Shown here one piece after another: positions 46,359 through 55,875 of a stretch of 64,000 nucleotides of DNA. The position numbers and the translations under genes were made by a program. A model generated the notes under the pieces. That model made no database searches and was not told where the DNA came from. It was given only the letters and a program-made list of their open reading frames with translations. This DNA comes from a bacterium (lineage in GTDB: Bacteria > Patescibacteriota > Minisyncoccia > Phycocordibacterales > UBA5272). The first letter of the stretch is position 1; every line of letters starts with the position of its first letter. The stretch lies in contig JAHFNC010000004.1 in NCBI GenBank assembly GCA_023267535.1, forward strand, positions 3,757-67,756, given 5' to 3'.

Positions 46359-47467
46359 AAATAGTTTTAACAGGTGCAGGAGGAGGACATTTTTACCCAT
46401 TGGTTGCAGTGGCTGATAGAATTCGTAAAGAAGTTTTCCTTCAAAAAATTGTTAGTCCAGAAATATATTTTTTGTCTGACGCTCCTTATGACGAAAGAGA
46501 ATTGTTTAATTCTCAAATAAAATTTATTCAAATACCAGCTGGGAAATTAAGACTTTACCCATCGCTAAAAACTTTTACAGATATATTTAAAACAGCTTAT
46601 GGATTATTTGTCGCTTTCAGAGAAATGTACAAGCTTTACCCAGACGTTGTTTTTGCTAAAGGTGGATATTCAAGTTTTCCTGTAGTTTTTGCTGCTAGAT
46701 TATTATCAATTCCAGTTTTCATACACGAAAGCGATACTGTAGCTGGCAGAACAACCAAGTGGGCCGGAAAATTTGCTGCCAGAGTTGCCGTTTCGTATGG
46801 AGAAGCCGCTAAATTTTTCCCGATGAAAAACTTAGCTCTTACTGGTCAACCAATAAGAACAAGATTGTTACCTCCGATTGATTTTGAAAGAAAATATCCA
46901 GAAGGAAAAGAAAGAAAAGTTATCTTAGTGTTAGGAGGGTCACAAGGAAGCCAAAGACTAAACGATGCTGTTTTTACGGCTCTTCCTGAAATTCTAGAAA
47001 AATATGACGTTGTTCATCAAGTGGGAACAAATAATTTTGAAGATGTAAAAAAACTTTCTGAGTCATTACTTAGAAACAATCCAAATAAAGATAGATATTT
47101 TGCTGATGGTTTTATAGATGTCGCTTTGTTTTATCCAAAAGCTGATTTAGTTATTACTCGTGCTGGTTCTGTTTTGTTTGAGCTGGCAATATGGCAATTA
47201 CCATCAATTGTGGTTCCAATACCAGAAACAATTAGTCGAGATCAAAGAAGTAATGCCTATGCATACACAGAAAAAGGAACTGGCGTAGTGTTAGAAGAAA
47301 ATAATATATCCAAAAGTGTTTTGATGTCCCAAATTAAACATTTTCTAGAAGACAAAAAAGTTTACGAAGAAACTATTAAAGCCTGTCATAAATTTGATGA
47401 TTCAAAATCAGCAGCTACAACAATTGCTAGAGAAATAATAAGTGTCGCTCTAAGCCATAACGATTAA
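46355..47467 (+). CDS. murG: UDP-N-acetylglucosamine--LPS/undecaprenyl-PP-MurNAc-pentapeptide GlcNAc transferase
   Basis: 'LTGAGGGHFYP', 'LGGSQG' and a GT28 C-terminus. Confidence 0.9.
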   Translation: MKIVLTGAGGGHFYPLVAVADRIRKEVFLQKIVSPEIYFLSDAPYDERELFNSQIKFIQIPAGKLRLYPSLKTFTDIFKTAYGLFVAFREMYKLYPDVVFAKGGYSSFPVVFAARLLSIPVFIHESDTVAGRTTKWAGKFAARVAVSYGEAAKFFPMKNLALTGQPIRTRLLPPIDFERKYPEGKERKVILVLGGSQGSQRLNDAVFTALPEILEKYDVVHQVGTNNFEDVKKLSESLLRNNPNKDRYFADGFIDVALFYPKADLVITRAGSVLFELAIWQLPSIVVPIPETISRDQRSNAYAYTEKGTGVVLEENNISKSVLMSQIKHFLEDKKVYEETIKACHKFDDSKSAATTIAREIISVALSHND

Positions 47468-47468
47468 T

Positions 47469-48821
47469 ATGCTCAATAAATTAAAAAATATTTTTAATGA
47501 TAAAAAAATAGTTGTCAGATTCGCTCCGTCACCAACAGGTCTTCTTCACCTCGGTAATTATAGAACAGCTGTTTTTGCTTATCTATATGCTAGAAAAAAT
47601 GGTGGTAAATTTATTTTGAGAATAGAAGATACAGACAGAGAAAGAAGCAAAAAAGAATACGAAGAAAACATAATAGAAAGTTTAAAATGGCTTAACATTG
47701 ATTACGATAATTTTTATCGTCAAAGTGAAAATTTAACTTCACACACCAAACATTTAAAAAAATTAATTGAAGAAGGTAAAGCTTTTATTTCAAAAGAAGA
47801 AGCAAAAGACGGTAGCGGTATTATGCGCGAATTGGTCCGATTTAAAAATCCAAACAAGGATGTAATCTTTAATGATATTATTCGTGGAGAAATAAAAACA
47901 AATACGACTGATCTTGGAGATTTTGTTATTGCTAAGTCAATAACTGAACCATTATTTCATTTAGCGGTTGTGGTTGATGATTACGAAGAAGGCGTGACCC
48001 ATATTTTAAGAGGAGAAGACCATATACCAAATACTCCTCGCCAAATTTTAATTCAGGAGGCACTTGGTTTTCCACATCCAACGTATGCACATTTACCACT
48101 TGTTTTATCGGAAGACAGAACAAAGCTATCAAAAAGAAAAGGAGCATTGCCTGTAACAGCTTATAGAGATATTGGATATTTACCCGAAGCTCTTATAAAC
48201 TTTATGGCTTTTATTGGATGGAATCCAGGAGGAGAAAAAGAAATTTTTTCAAAAGAAGAATTGGTTAAAATTTTTGATTTATCTGACATACAAAAAGGTG
48301 GAGCAATCTTCAATGAAGAAAAATTAAAATGGATGAATAAAGAACATTTAAAAAAAGAATCTAAAGATAAACAGTTTTCAAATATAAAAAAGTTTTTAAG
48401 TGAATATGATGACGGAATTATTAAAAGAGCACAAGACACAATAATAGAAAGAATTTCTTATTACGGTGAAATTGATTTGATAAAAGAAAATGAATTTGAG
48501 TTCTTAATAAAAAGACCAAAAATAACAGGGGACAAACTTGTTTGGAAAACATCAAACAAAGAAAAAACTATAGCTAACTTAATAGGGGTATTGGACGTAC
48601 TATCTAAAACATCTCTTGAATCAATTGATTCAATCAAAAATAATCTTATGCCATATGCCGAAAAGAACGGTAAAGGAGATGTTCTTTGGCCACTTCGTTT
48701 TGCATTGTCAGGACAAGATAAATCTATGGATCCATTTACCATTTGTTATATTCTTCAGTCTGTTGAAGCAAAAGAAAGAATAGAGAACGCAATAAAACTT
48801 CTTAATCAAACAACAATGTAA
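47469..48821 (+). CDS. gltX: glutamate--tRNA ligase
   Basis: 'RFAPSPTGLLHLGN', 'RIEDTD' and 'KLSKRK'. Confidence 0.94.
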   Translation: MLNKLKNIFNDKKIVVRFAPSPTGLLHLGNYRTAVFAYLYARKNGGKFILRIEDTDRERSKKEYEENIIESLKWLNIDYDNFYRQSENLTSHTKHLKKLIEEGKAFISKEEAKDGSGIMRELVRFKNPNKDVIFNDIIRGEIKTNTTDLGDFVIAKSITEPLFHLAVVVDDYEEGVTHILRGEDHIPNTPRQILIQEALGFPHPTYAHLPLVLSEDRTKLSKRKGALPVTAYRDIGYLPEALINFMAFIGWNPGGEKEIFSKEELVKIFDLSDIQKGGAIFNEEKLKWMNKEHLKKESKDKQFSNIKKFLSEYDDGIIKRAQDTIIERISYYGEIDLIKENEFEFLIKRPKITGDKLVWKTSNKEKTIANLIGVLDVLSKTSLESIDSIKNNLMPYAEKNGKGDVLWPLRFALSGQDKSMDPFTICYILQSVEAKERIENAIKLLNQTTM

Positions 48822-48824
48822 TAC

Positions 48825-50120
48825 ATGAAGATGAGCTCTTTTCAAAAATCAATATTTTTATTTGTGACATCATTTTTTTTGATGGCTAATGTCTATGGAG
48901 CAACAGTAGATGAAATGAAAGCAAGCATCGATGATATAACTCAAAAAATACAAACTCTTGATAAAGAAATAGCTCAGTACAATAAACAAATAAGCCAAAC
49001 TCAAGGACAAGCTAAGACGTTGAAACAAGCGATTACTAATCTAGAAGTTAGGCGTGCTGCTTTACTTAAGGAAATAGATAAGACTAAATTAAATATTACT
49101 AAAACTGAAGATGATATATCTAAAACACAATCAAAAATTTCTGTAACTCAACAAAAAATAAATAATAACAATCTTTCGTTGGCTGAAATTATAAGGGGAA
49201 TTAATCAACAGGAAAATTCAGCCCCACCTATGCTGGGAATACTAGAAAAGAACAGTAGTATTTCTTCTGCTTTAGATGTTGTTAAAAGAAGCACTGATGT
49301 AAGTAATGCCGTAAATGAAAAAATTAGAAATCTACAGGATGCTAAAGTTGATTTAAGCAACACTAAACAAGAATTTGAGGTGCATAAGAAACAGCTTATT
49401 GACCTTAATAAAAATCTTTCTGACCAAAAACAATTAGTTGAACAAACTAAAGCTGATAAGAATCAATTGCTTTCTGAAACTAAAAATAAAGAAAGCGAAT
49501 ACCAAAAACTTTTAGCCGACAGAAAACAAAAGAAGGATCAAATGGAATCTGAATTAGGAGACATCGAATCGAAATTAACAGCTGCTGTTGATTTAAGTAA
49601 ACTTCCATCCTATGGAAGTGGAGCTCTTCATTATCCTGTTGATGTTGTAAAAATTACCCAGTACTTCGGTAACACTCCATTTGCTACCAAGAACCCACAA
49701 GTATATAACGGTATGGGACATAACGGTGTAGATTTTGGAACACATGTCGGAACCGTTGTGTATTCCGCAGCCGATGGCATTGTAGCTGGTACAGGAAACA
49801 CAGACGCTGGTTGTGTTGGCGTATCTTATGGAAAATGGGTTCTAATCCGTCACAACAACGGATTGTCTACTTTATACGCTCACTTATCAGTTATAGATGT
49901 AACAGCAGGTCAATCGGTTACAACGCATCAAAGAATTGCGCTATCTGGCAATACTGGTTACAGTACTGGTCCTCATGTTCACTTTACGGTATACGCTTCT
50001 TCAGCTGTTCATATAACAAGTCCAACAGAATATAAAAGTAAAGTTTGTGGAACTTATATGATAATGCCTATTGCTCCACGAGATGCTTACCTTAATCCTT
50101 TAACTTATTTGCCTCAATAG
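48825..50120 (+). CDS. coiled-coil M23 family metallopeptidase (EnvC-like murein endopeptidase)
   Basis: Signal peptide, long coiled coil, 'HNGVDF', 'LYAHLS' and 'GNTGYSTGPHVHF'. Confidence 0.9.
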   Translation: MKMSSFQKSIFLFVTSFFLMANVYGATVDEMKASIDDITQKIQTLDKEIAQYNKQISQTQGQAKTLKQAITNLEVRRAALLKEIDKTKLNITKTEDDISKTQSKISVTQQKINNNNLSLAEIIRGINQQENSAPPMLGILEKNSSISSALDVVKRSTDVSNAVNEKIRNLQDAKVDLSNTKQEFEVHKKQLIDLNKNLSDQKQLVEQTKADKNQLLSETKNKESEYQKLLADRKQKKDQMESELGDIESKLTAAVDLSKLPSYGSGALHYPVDVVKITQYFGNTPFATKNPQVYNGMGHNGVDFGTHVGTVVYSAADGIVAGTGNTDAGCVGVSYGKWVLIRHNNGLSTLYAHLSVIDVTAGQSVTTHQRIALSGNTGYSTGPHVHFTVYASSAVHITSPTEYKSKVCGTYMIMPIAPRDAYLNPLTYLPQ

Positions 50121-50145
50121 TAAGGGGATACATACTACCGAGATT

Positions 50146-50241
50146 ATGATAACTTTTACTATTCCGGCCTTCATATTGATAATTCTTACAGTTCTCATTA
50201 TAGGAACAATAACTGGCGCTTTGTTTATCTTGAAAAAATAA
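50146..50241 (+). CDS. possible 31-aa single-TM micropeptide
   Basis: Hand translation gives MITFTIPAFILIILTVLIIGTITGALFILKK*. No further support. Confidence 0.25.
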   Translation: MITFTIPAFILIILTVLIIGTITGALFILKK

Positions 50242-50270
50242 AATCATAACTAGTAAGATAACCTAAAATG

Positions 50271-50408
50271 ATACATAATAACGCTTTTTATTATATAGAG
50301 TCGTAAAGTACCGTTGTAAGACATTTTAGGGATCTTAATGTCTTACAACGGCTACAATCTTTTACGACAATACATAATAAGAGTTTTTGTTATGTATTGT
50401 CGTAAAAG
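50271..50408. repeat. composite repeat: two ~38-nt direct repeats flanking a perfect 15-bp hairpin
   Basis: DR1 at 50271-50308 and DR2 at 50370-50408 match at 31/39 positions by hand alignment, with a 99-nt period. Hairpin 1: CCGTTGTAAGACATT (50311-50325) / AATGTCTTACAACGG (50337-50351). Hairpin 2: ACGACAATACATAA (50364-50377) / TTATGTATTGTCGT (50390-50403). Confidence 0.8.
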
Positions 50409-50543
50409 ATATATTGTGCGACATTGCCTATATAAATCCCCCGATACGAAAACCTTGAAAACTAGACAACTTTACTTAGCGTCATAAATAACATTTTAAA
50501 ATAATTTACAAACAAGCTTTCTCTTACCCTTTCAATCGTCAGA

Positions 50544-51305
50544 CTAATTACTAGAATTCTGATTCCTCCATTCATATAACACCACCGCCGTTGCTACTGA
50601 CGCATTCAAAGACTCACACAATGGATTTGTTTTGATTGATATCTTAAAATCACACATTTCAAGTGTTTTAAGTCTTATACCAGACCCCTCTTTACCTATA
50701 ACCAAAACTGTAGGACTATCAAATTTTGTTTTATTTAATTCTGTGTCACCGTCGCCAGCTAAACCATAAATCCAAAATTGTTTTTCCTTTAACTTTTCAA
50801 GTGTATTGTTTATATTTCCAATTCTGACAATTGGTATAGCAAAGTTCATGCCAGAAGCTGTCTTGATTACCGTTGTAGTTACTTGTGTTTGATCATGCTC
50901 AGGCATAAGAATTGCATCGGCTCCGAAAGCGACAGCACTACGAATTATAGCTCCGACATTATGAGGATCTTCTAATTCATCAAGCAACACGAAAAGTGGA
51001 TTACCCTCTTTGGTTTTTATTTTTTCTAAAATAAAATCTAAATCTGAATACAAAGATTTATTGTTAAGTAATGCACACACACCTTGGTGTAAAACTTCTT
51101 TCCCTGACATACTTTCTATCTCACTTCCTGTAACTACTTCATAAGAAATTTTATTACTCTGAACAAGGCTAATTATTTCTGGATTACTCTCTGATTGTTT
51201 GGTTAGATATAATTTTTCTATTATATGACTATTATCTCGCTTTTGAGCAAAAATAGCCTCTTTTAAAGGGTTTTTGCCACATAAATAGACTTTATTGGTG
51301 TTCAT
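50544..51305 (-). CDS. rlmB: SpoU/TrmH-family RNA 2'-O-methyltransferase (RlmB-like)
   Basis: N-terminal substrate-binding domain, 'DPHNVGAIIRSA', and the C-terminal knot 'SLNASVATAVVLYE'. Confidence 0.88.
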   Translation of the reverse strand: MNTNKVYLCGKNPLKEAIFAQKRDNSHIIEKLYLTKQSESNPEIISLVQSNKISYEVVTGSEIESMSGKEVLHQGVCALLNNKSLYSDLDFILEKIKTKEGNPLFVLLDELEDPHNVGAIIRSAVAFGADAILMPEHDQTQVTTTVIKTASGMNFAIPIVRIGNINNTLEKLKEKQFWIYGLAGDGDTELNKTKFDSPTVLVIGKEGSGIRLKTLEMCDFKISIKTNPLCESLNASVATAVVLYEWRNQNSSN

Positions 51306-51322
51306 AGTGTGGATATTATAAC

Positions 51323-51349
51323 AAAAAATCCCCTATTTTGGGGATTTTT
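51323..51349 (-). terminator. Rho-independent terminator
   Basis: AATCCCC-tatttt-GGGGATT flanked by A/T runs, downstream of the minus-strand gene 51366-51782. Confidence 0.7.
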
Positions 51350-51365
51350 ATATTGTTTTGAAAAT

Positions 51366-51782
51366 TTATCTGAATTGAGGTGTGGTGGTTGCTGTATTTG
51401 TTTTTGGTTTTGTCTGCTTTACAGTTTTACTTTTTACGCTTACCTCTGCTTTTTTTGATTCTACTTTTTTAGCGATTACAGATTTTTTAACCTCTCCGTT
51501 CCCACGAATAGCTGTTGACGATGCTTTCATTTCAACATTCTTTTTAGTCTCTGCTATTTTTTCTGTTGAAGTAGCACTTCCTTTCCATTTTATGGTGCTT
51601 GTAGCAACTGGATGAAAAGCTTTCACTACTGGTTTTTTAATTTCTTTTTTTACTTCCTTCTTATTCTTAACTATCGTACTGCCTGTATTTTGTCCGAGAG
51701 TCTGTGCGAAAGAAGATAAAGGGAACAAAGCTAGCGTTCCAACTATAATTGATGTTTGAATTATTTTTTTCTTACTAATCAT
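51366..51782 (-). CDS. secreted lysine-rich low-complexity protein
   Basis: Signal peptide 'IIVGTLALFPLSSFA', then K/T/S-rich sequence. Confidence 0.55.
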   Translation of the reverse strand: MISKKKIIQTSIIVGTLALFPLSSFAQTLGQNTGSTIVKNKKEVKKEIKKPVVKAFHPVATSTIKWKGSATSTEKIAETKKNVEMKASSTAIRGNGEVKKSVIAKKVESKKAEVSVKSKTVKQTKPKTNTATTTPQFR

Positions 51783-51910
51783 AAATTTACAAATTTGCGT
51801 TTGTTATTAACTATTAAATACATTAGCAGGGACTACAAAAATTGTGGCCTAAGACCCGCTTATTTAATAATATATGAAAAATGGCTTTTTTATTGCAGTT
51901 ATCCCCAAAT

Positions 51911-52759
51911 TTAAACAATATATAGATCTTGATTAAAAGCACCAAGCCCAACGTTTTTACCGCCACCGTTTAAGATGGTTTCAAACGGGCGACAAAAGAT
52001 ACAACCCTCTTCTCCTCTTGGACAATTAAATCCTCCTCCTGTAACCCCCTTTTCTCTTGCTTCTTTTACCTTAATGGCAACTTCCATAACATCTCTACGC
52101 GCTTCATCTTTATCTGGTAATTCTTTTTCAACAATCTTATCGCTATCTAAATACCAATATGAAGCCTTAGACACTTTTCTTTTTTGTAAAGCATTACACA
52201 ATAAAAGGTATATAGGTAACTGTAATGATTTTTCATTTTCTTCATTCTTTCCAGTTTTAAAATCAATTATATGAAGAGAGTCTGTTTTTGGTAAATATTC
52301 TATCCAGTCTATAAGACCATTTAATATTAAATTATCATCTTCGCTTAAATAAAAATTAGGATTCATTTTTTCTTGCGGAAGTTTTATTATTTTATTTCCT
52401 AAAAATCTTGGATTATTAATTACTGTTTTTATCATTTCAATACCTCTCTTTTTATAATCTTCCTCTTCTTCTTTTGATTTGAATCCACCTTTCTCGCCAG
52501 TTACTTTTTCCCATTCTTTTTCGAAATCATCTAACAAATTACGATTCAAACGAACATCTGACGGGAATTTTGCTAACCCTTCAAGCACTTCGTGCACTGC
52601 CACACCTAAAGATAAGGCAGGGGTAACTATATTCATCTTTCTTCCAGTTTTAGGATCTTTGTAAATATTTCGTAAATAATAAAGACGAGGACATTTAAGA
52701 AAATCCCCCATCGATGAGTGTGACACCCAAACTGCTTTATATTTATCAGGTAAAGCCAT
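51911..52759 (-). CDS. PD-(D/E)XK nuclease, Cas4/RecB-like with four-Cys cluster
   Basis: 'KCPRLYYLR' N-terminal Cys, 'LIDWIEY...HIIDFKTGK', 'QLPIYLLL' (QxxxY), and C-terminal 'CPRGEEGCIFC'. Confidence 0.8.
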   Translation of the reverse strand: MALPDKYKAVWVSHSSMGDFLKCPRLYYLRNIYKDPKTGRKMNIVTPALSLGVAVHEVLEGLAKFPSDVRLNRNLLDDFEKEWEKVTGEKGGFKSKEEEEDYKKRGIEMIKTVINNPRFLGNKIIKLPQEKMNPNFYLSEDDNLILNGLIDWIEYLPKTDSLHIIDFKTGKNEENEKSLQLPIYLLLCNALQKRKVSKASYWYLDSDKIVEKELPDKDEARRDVMEVAIKVKEAREKGVTGGGFNCPRGEEGCIFCRPFETILNGGGKNVGLGAFNQDLYIV

Positions 52760-52782
52760 TATAATTTGTATTTTAACATGAA

Positions 52783-53484
52783 CTAGAAAAAGGCTTCTGT
52801 ATAAATGTTTTCTTCAGAAATACCACCGTCCCTTAATCCCTTCCACATTTCACGAACAAAAGAAATTGACCCACAAATAAAAAATTCTTTATTTCTAATT
52901 TCGTTATTAATATGATTAATAATTTCTTTAGCATCTATCCTTCCCTTTATAAAAAAATTATCTAAATCACTCTCTTGTGTAATAAAATATTTAACCATAA
53001 AGTTATTATGTGAAGATGAAAAATAATCAAATTCATTTTTAAAAACAATATCTGAAATATTTTTATTACTATAAAATAAATACATATTTCTTTTAGAATT
53101 ATTATTTAAATGATGTGTAATCTGGCTTTTAAAAGGAGTGATTCCCATGCCTCCTGCTACAAATACTAAATCTGTTTCTTTATTTTCTGTATAAAAAAAT
53201 CCATACGGATTGGAAGAAACAACTTCGTCTCCAATTTTTAAATCATTCAATTTAGAAGAAAATTCTCCTACTTTTTTTATTGTTATGCTAAATGTATTAT
53301 CATCAATTTTATCTGACACACTATATGCTTTCCCCTCTTTGATTTCTGTGTCTGGAAAAAAAATAGTAATAAACTGCCCGGGAATAAAAGAGGTTTTTTC
53401 TTGACTATATAATTTAAGAGTAAAAATATTATTACCCCTATCTTCTTTATCTATTACTTTTAACTTTGTTTTATTTCCTTCCAT
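52783..53484 (-). CDS. ferredoxin-NADP reductase-like FAD/NAD(P)-binding oxidoreductase
   Basis: 'GKAYSVS' (RxYS-like FAD motif) and 'FVAGGMGITPF' (NAD(P) motif). No Fe-S domain. Confidence 0.75.
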   Translation of the reverse strand: MEGNKTKLKVIDKEDRGNNIFTLKLYSQEKTSFIPGQFITIFFPDTEIKEGKAYSVSDKIDDNTFSITIKKVGEFSSKLNDLKIGDEVVSSNPYGFFYTENKETDLVFVAGGMGITPFKSQITHHLNNNSKRNMYLFYSNKNISDIVFKNEFDYFSSSHNNFMVKYFITQESDLDNFFIKGRIDAKEIINHINNEIRNKEFFICGSISFVREMWKGLRDGGISEENIYTEAFF

Positions 53485-53905
53485 AATTTTCTTCGTAATC
53501 TTTTATTGCTTCACGTAATGCCAAATGACCAAGTACCGAGCAATGATATTTTCTATCGGGTAACCCTCCTAATCTATCAATAATAGCTTCTGGCGTAATG
53601 TGTTTAGCTTTAGAAATTTCCATACCGTCATTTTCTAATACCATTGTAGACATCATAGAAGTAGAAGCAATCGCCGAAGCACAACCAAATGTTCTCCATT
53701 TACATTCATAAATATTTTTCTTATCTTTGTCTATCTTTATCCAAACCACCATCATGTCTCCACAAGCTGGGCTTCCAACAATTCCAATACCATCGGCTTC
53801 GTAATTACTTTCATCTAAAAGAATGTTTCGCGGACTCAAAAAATGATCTTTAACAACGTCGCTGTATAACCAATTATTTACATCACAAATTTGTTTATCG
53901 TTCAT
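53471..53905 (-). CDS. nifU: NifU/IscU-type Fe-S cluster scaffold
   Basis: 'GSPACGDMM', 'FGCASAIASTS' and 'YHCSVLG'. Confidence 0.9.
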   Translation of the reverse strand: MNDKQICDVNNWLYSDVVKDHFLSPRNILLDESNYEADGIGIVGSPACGDMMVVWIKIDKDKKNIYECKWRTFGCASAIASTSMMSTMVLENDGMEISKAKHITPEAIIDRLGGLPDRKYHCSVLGHLALREAIKDYEENYGRK

Positions 53906-55214
53906 ATATTTTTAAAGTAAGAGCTGACATTTGTGTTAAATCTTCAACGATTTTAGGAAAAATATTGAGGACTCTATCTATATCTTCTTTAGTTGTATGT
54001 CGGCCAAAAGAAAATCTCAAACTTCCGTGAATAAGTTTTACATCTTGTCCGATAGCTAAAAGTACATATGATGGTTTCAAATCGTTTGAGGAACAAGCCG
54101 AACCAGTAGAAACTTCTATTCCTAAATTATCTAATTTAAGAAGCATTGACTCCCCTTCTATGTAGGGAACGGTGACATGCGTAATTGATGGAGATCTAAA
54201 TTCTAGAGGAACATTAATTAAAATATTTGGAATTAATTCCTCCAATTCCTCTACAAAATATTTTTGTAGACTTTTTAATCTTTCATATTCTTCTTTTCTA
54301 TTTTCTTGTGCTTTAGTGAGCGCTAAAGAAAATCCAAAAATATTGGCAATGCTTTCTGTCCCACTTCTTAGTCCCCTCTCCTGTCCACCACCGAAAACTA
54401 TTGGGTGTAATTTAATGTCATTTCTTTTATAAAGAAGACCAATACCAGCAGGCCCATAAATTTTAGAACTATTGATAGTCATCAAATCTACACCTAAATC
54501 TTTTACATCTAAAGAAAAAAGATTCGCCGCCTGACAAGCGTCTGTATGTATTAAAGGTTTAAATGGAGTTTCATTTTTTATTCTTTCAGATAATTCTTTT
54601 ATGGGCTGTATGGTTCCAATTTCATTGTTTACGTACATTACGGAAATTAATATTGTCTTTGTGGTAATTAGAGTTAAACATTCTTCTATTTTTATTCTGC
54701 CAAAATTATCAACTGGCATAAAGCTTATTTCAAACCCTTCTTTTTCTAATTGATTAACTGCTTCTATAATTGATTTGTGTTCAATAGAAGAAATAATTAT
54801 ATGATTCCCATTTTGACGATTAGCGCGAGCAAAACCTAAAATAGCTAAATTATTTGCTTCTGTCCCTCCGCTCGTGAAGATAATTTCATTATCGTTTGAA
54901 TTAATTATTTTTGAAATATCAATTCTTGCATTTTCAATTATTCTTTTTGCTTTTCTGCCACTAGTGTGAACAGAAGAAGGGTTGCTATAATCTAATCCAA
55001 AATACGGAAGCATTGTACGAAACACCTCTTTATCAATAGGAGTGCTTGCTGCATAATCTAAATATATTCTTCTATCAGCGACGCCAGACGAGAGAAGTGA
55101 GAAAGTATTCTTTTTCACTTCCGAGTCAAGGAGCTGAAAAGGTAAACGCTCCTTAGTAGCATCCTTGTGATTCTTATCTTGTTTAACTTTACCTGATTCC
55201 GCAATATTTAACAT
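53895..55214 (-). CDS. nifS: cysteine desulfurase (NifS/IscS class)
   Basis: 'FTSGGTEANN', PLP-Lys region 'NSSKIYGPAGIG', and active-site 'SGSACSS'. Confidence 0.92.
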   Translation of the reverse strand: MLNIAESGKVKQDKNHKDATKERLPFQLLDSEVKKNTFSLLSSGVADRRIYLDYAASTPIDKEVFRTMLPYFGLDYSNPSSVHTSGRKAKRIIENARIDISKIINSNDNEIIFTSGGTEANNLAILGFARANRQNGNHIIISSIEHKSIIEAVNQLEKEGFEISFMPVDNFGRIKIEECLTLITTKTILISVMYVNNEIGTIQPIKELSERIKNETPFKPLIHTDACQAANLFSLDVKDLGVDLMTINSSKIYGPAGIGLLYKRNDIKLHPIVFGGGQERGLRSGTESIANIFGFSLALTKAQENRKEEYERLKSLQKYFVEELEELIPNILINVPLEFRSPSITHVTVPYIEGESMLLKLDNLGIEVSTGSACSSNDLKPSYVLLAIGQDVKLIHGSLRFSFGRHTTKEDIDRVLNIFPKIVEDLTQMSALTLKIYER

Positions 55215-55875
55215 AATTTTGTAATCCCTTTTGAAAGGATGTTAATTCTTCTTCTGAGTAAGTAATCTTATTTTTAAATTGTGGGTTTAGAATTTTAGTT
55301 GAAACAAATTTTTGTAAATAATATTTTTTTGCACCCCTTATTTCTTCCCCTATTTCTAAAACATCAGATTCCGATACTAAAGATTTAATAAGAGTTGTTC
55401 TAAATTCATAATCTATAGGCGATGACAAAAGTAAATCAATACTTTGTCGTATTTTCTCGATATCGACCGGACGAGAAACAGTTTGGCTATATTTTGAAAG
55501 TGGAGATTTTATATCCATAGCAATATAATCAACAACACCTTCACTTATAGCTTTTTTAAGAACACTCGGATTTGTACCGTTTGAATCAAGCTTTACCAAA
55601 AATCCTAATTCTTTTATTTTTTTAATAAATGAAATTAAATCATTGTGCATTGTCGGTTCACCGCCGGTTATAACCACACCATCTAACAACCCAACTCTCG
55701 TTTTTAAAAAATCCATTACTTCTTCTTCGTTTATTCTAGTTTCCACTGTCTCATCGACCAATTCTGGATTATGACAATAAGGACAACGGAAGTTACATCC
55801 AATGGTGTATAAAATACAAGCTGTTTTTCCTGGATAATCAATTAGAGTAAATTTTTCTAATCCTCCGAATATCAT
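55189..55875 (-). CDS. nrdG: anaerobic ribonucleotide reductase activating enzyme (radical SAM)
   Basis: 'CNFRCPYCHN' and 'VVITGGEP'. ATGA overlap with nrdD. Confidence 0.92.
   Translation of the reverse strand: MIFGGLEKFTLIDYPGKTACILYTIGCNFRCPYCHNPELVDETVETRINEEEVMDFLKTRVGLLDGVVITGGEPTMHNDLISFIKKIKELGFLVKLDSNGTNPSVLKKAISEGVVDYIAMDIKSPLSKYSQTVSRPVDIEKIRQSIDLLLSSPIDYEFRTTLIKSLVSESDVLEIGEEIRGAKKYYLQKFVSTKILNPQFKNKITYSEEELTSFQKGLQNYVKYCGIR

Noticed and set aside
50397-50424. dif-like (XerC/D) site TTGTCGTAAAAGATATATTGTGCGACAT near the convergent strand switch.
   Set aside because: It shares only the central TATATT core and scattered arm positions with the E. coli and B. subtilis dif sequences as I remember them. 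The right arm reads TTGTG rather than TTATG. This is not enough without a genome-specific model.
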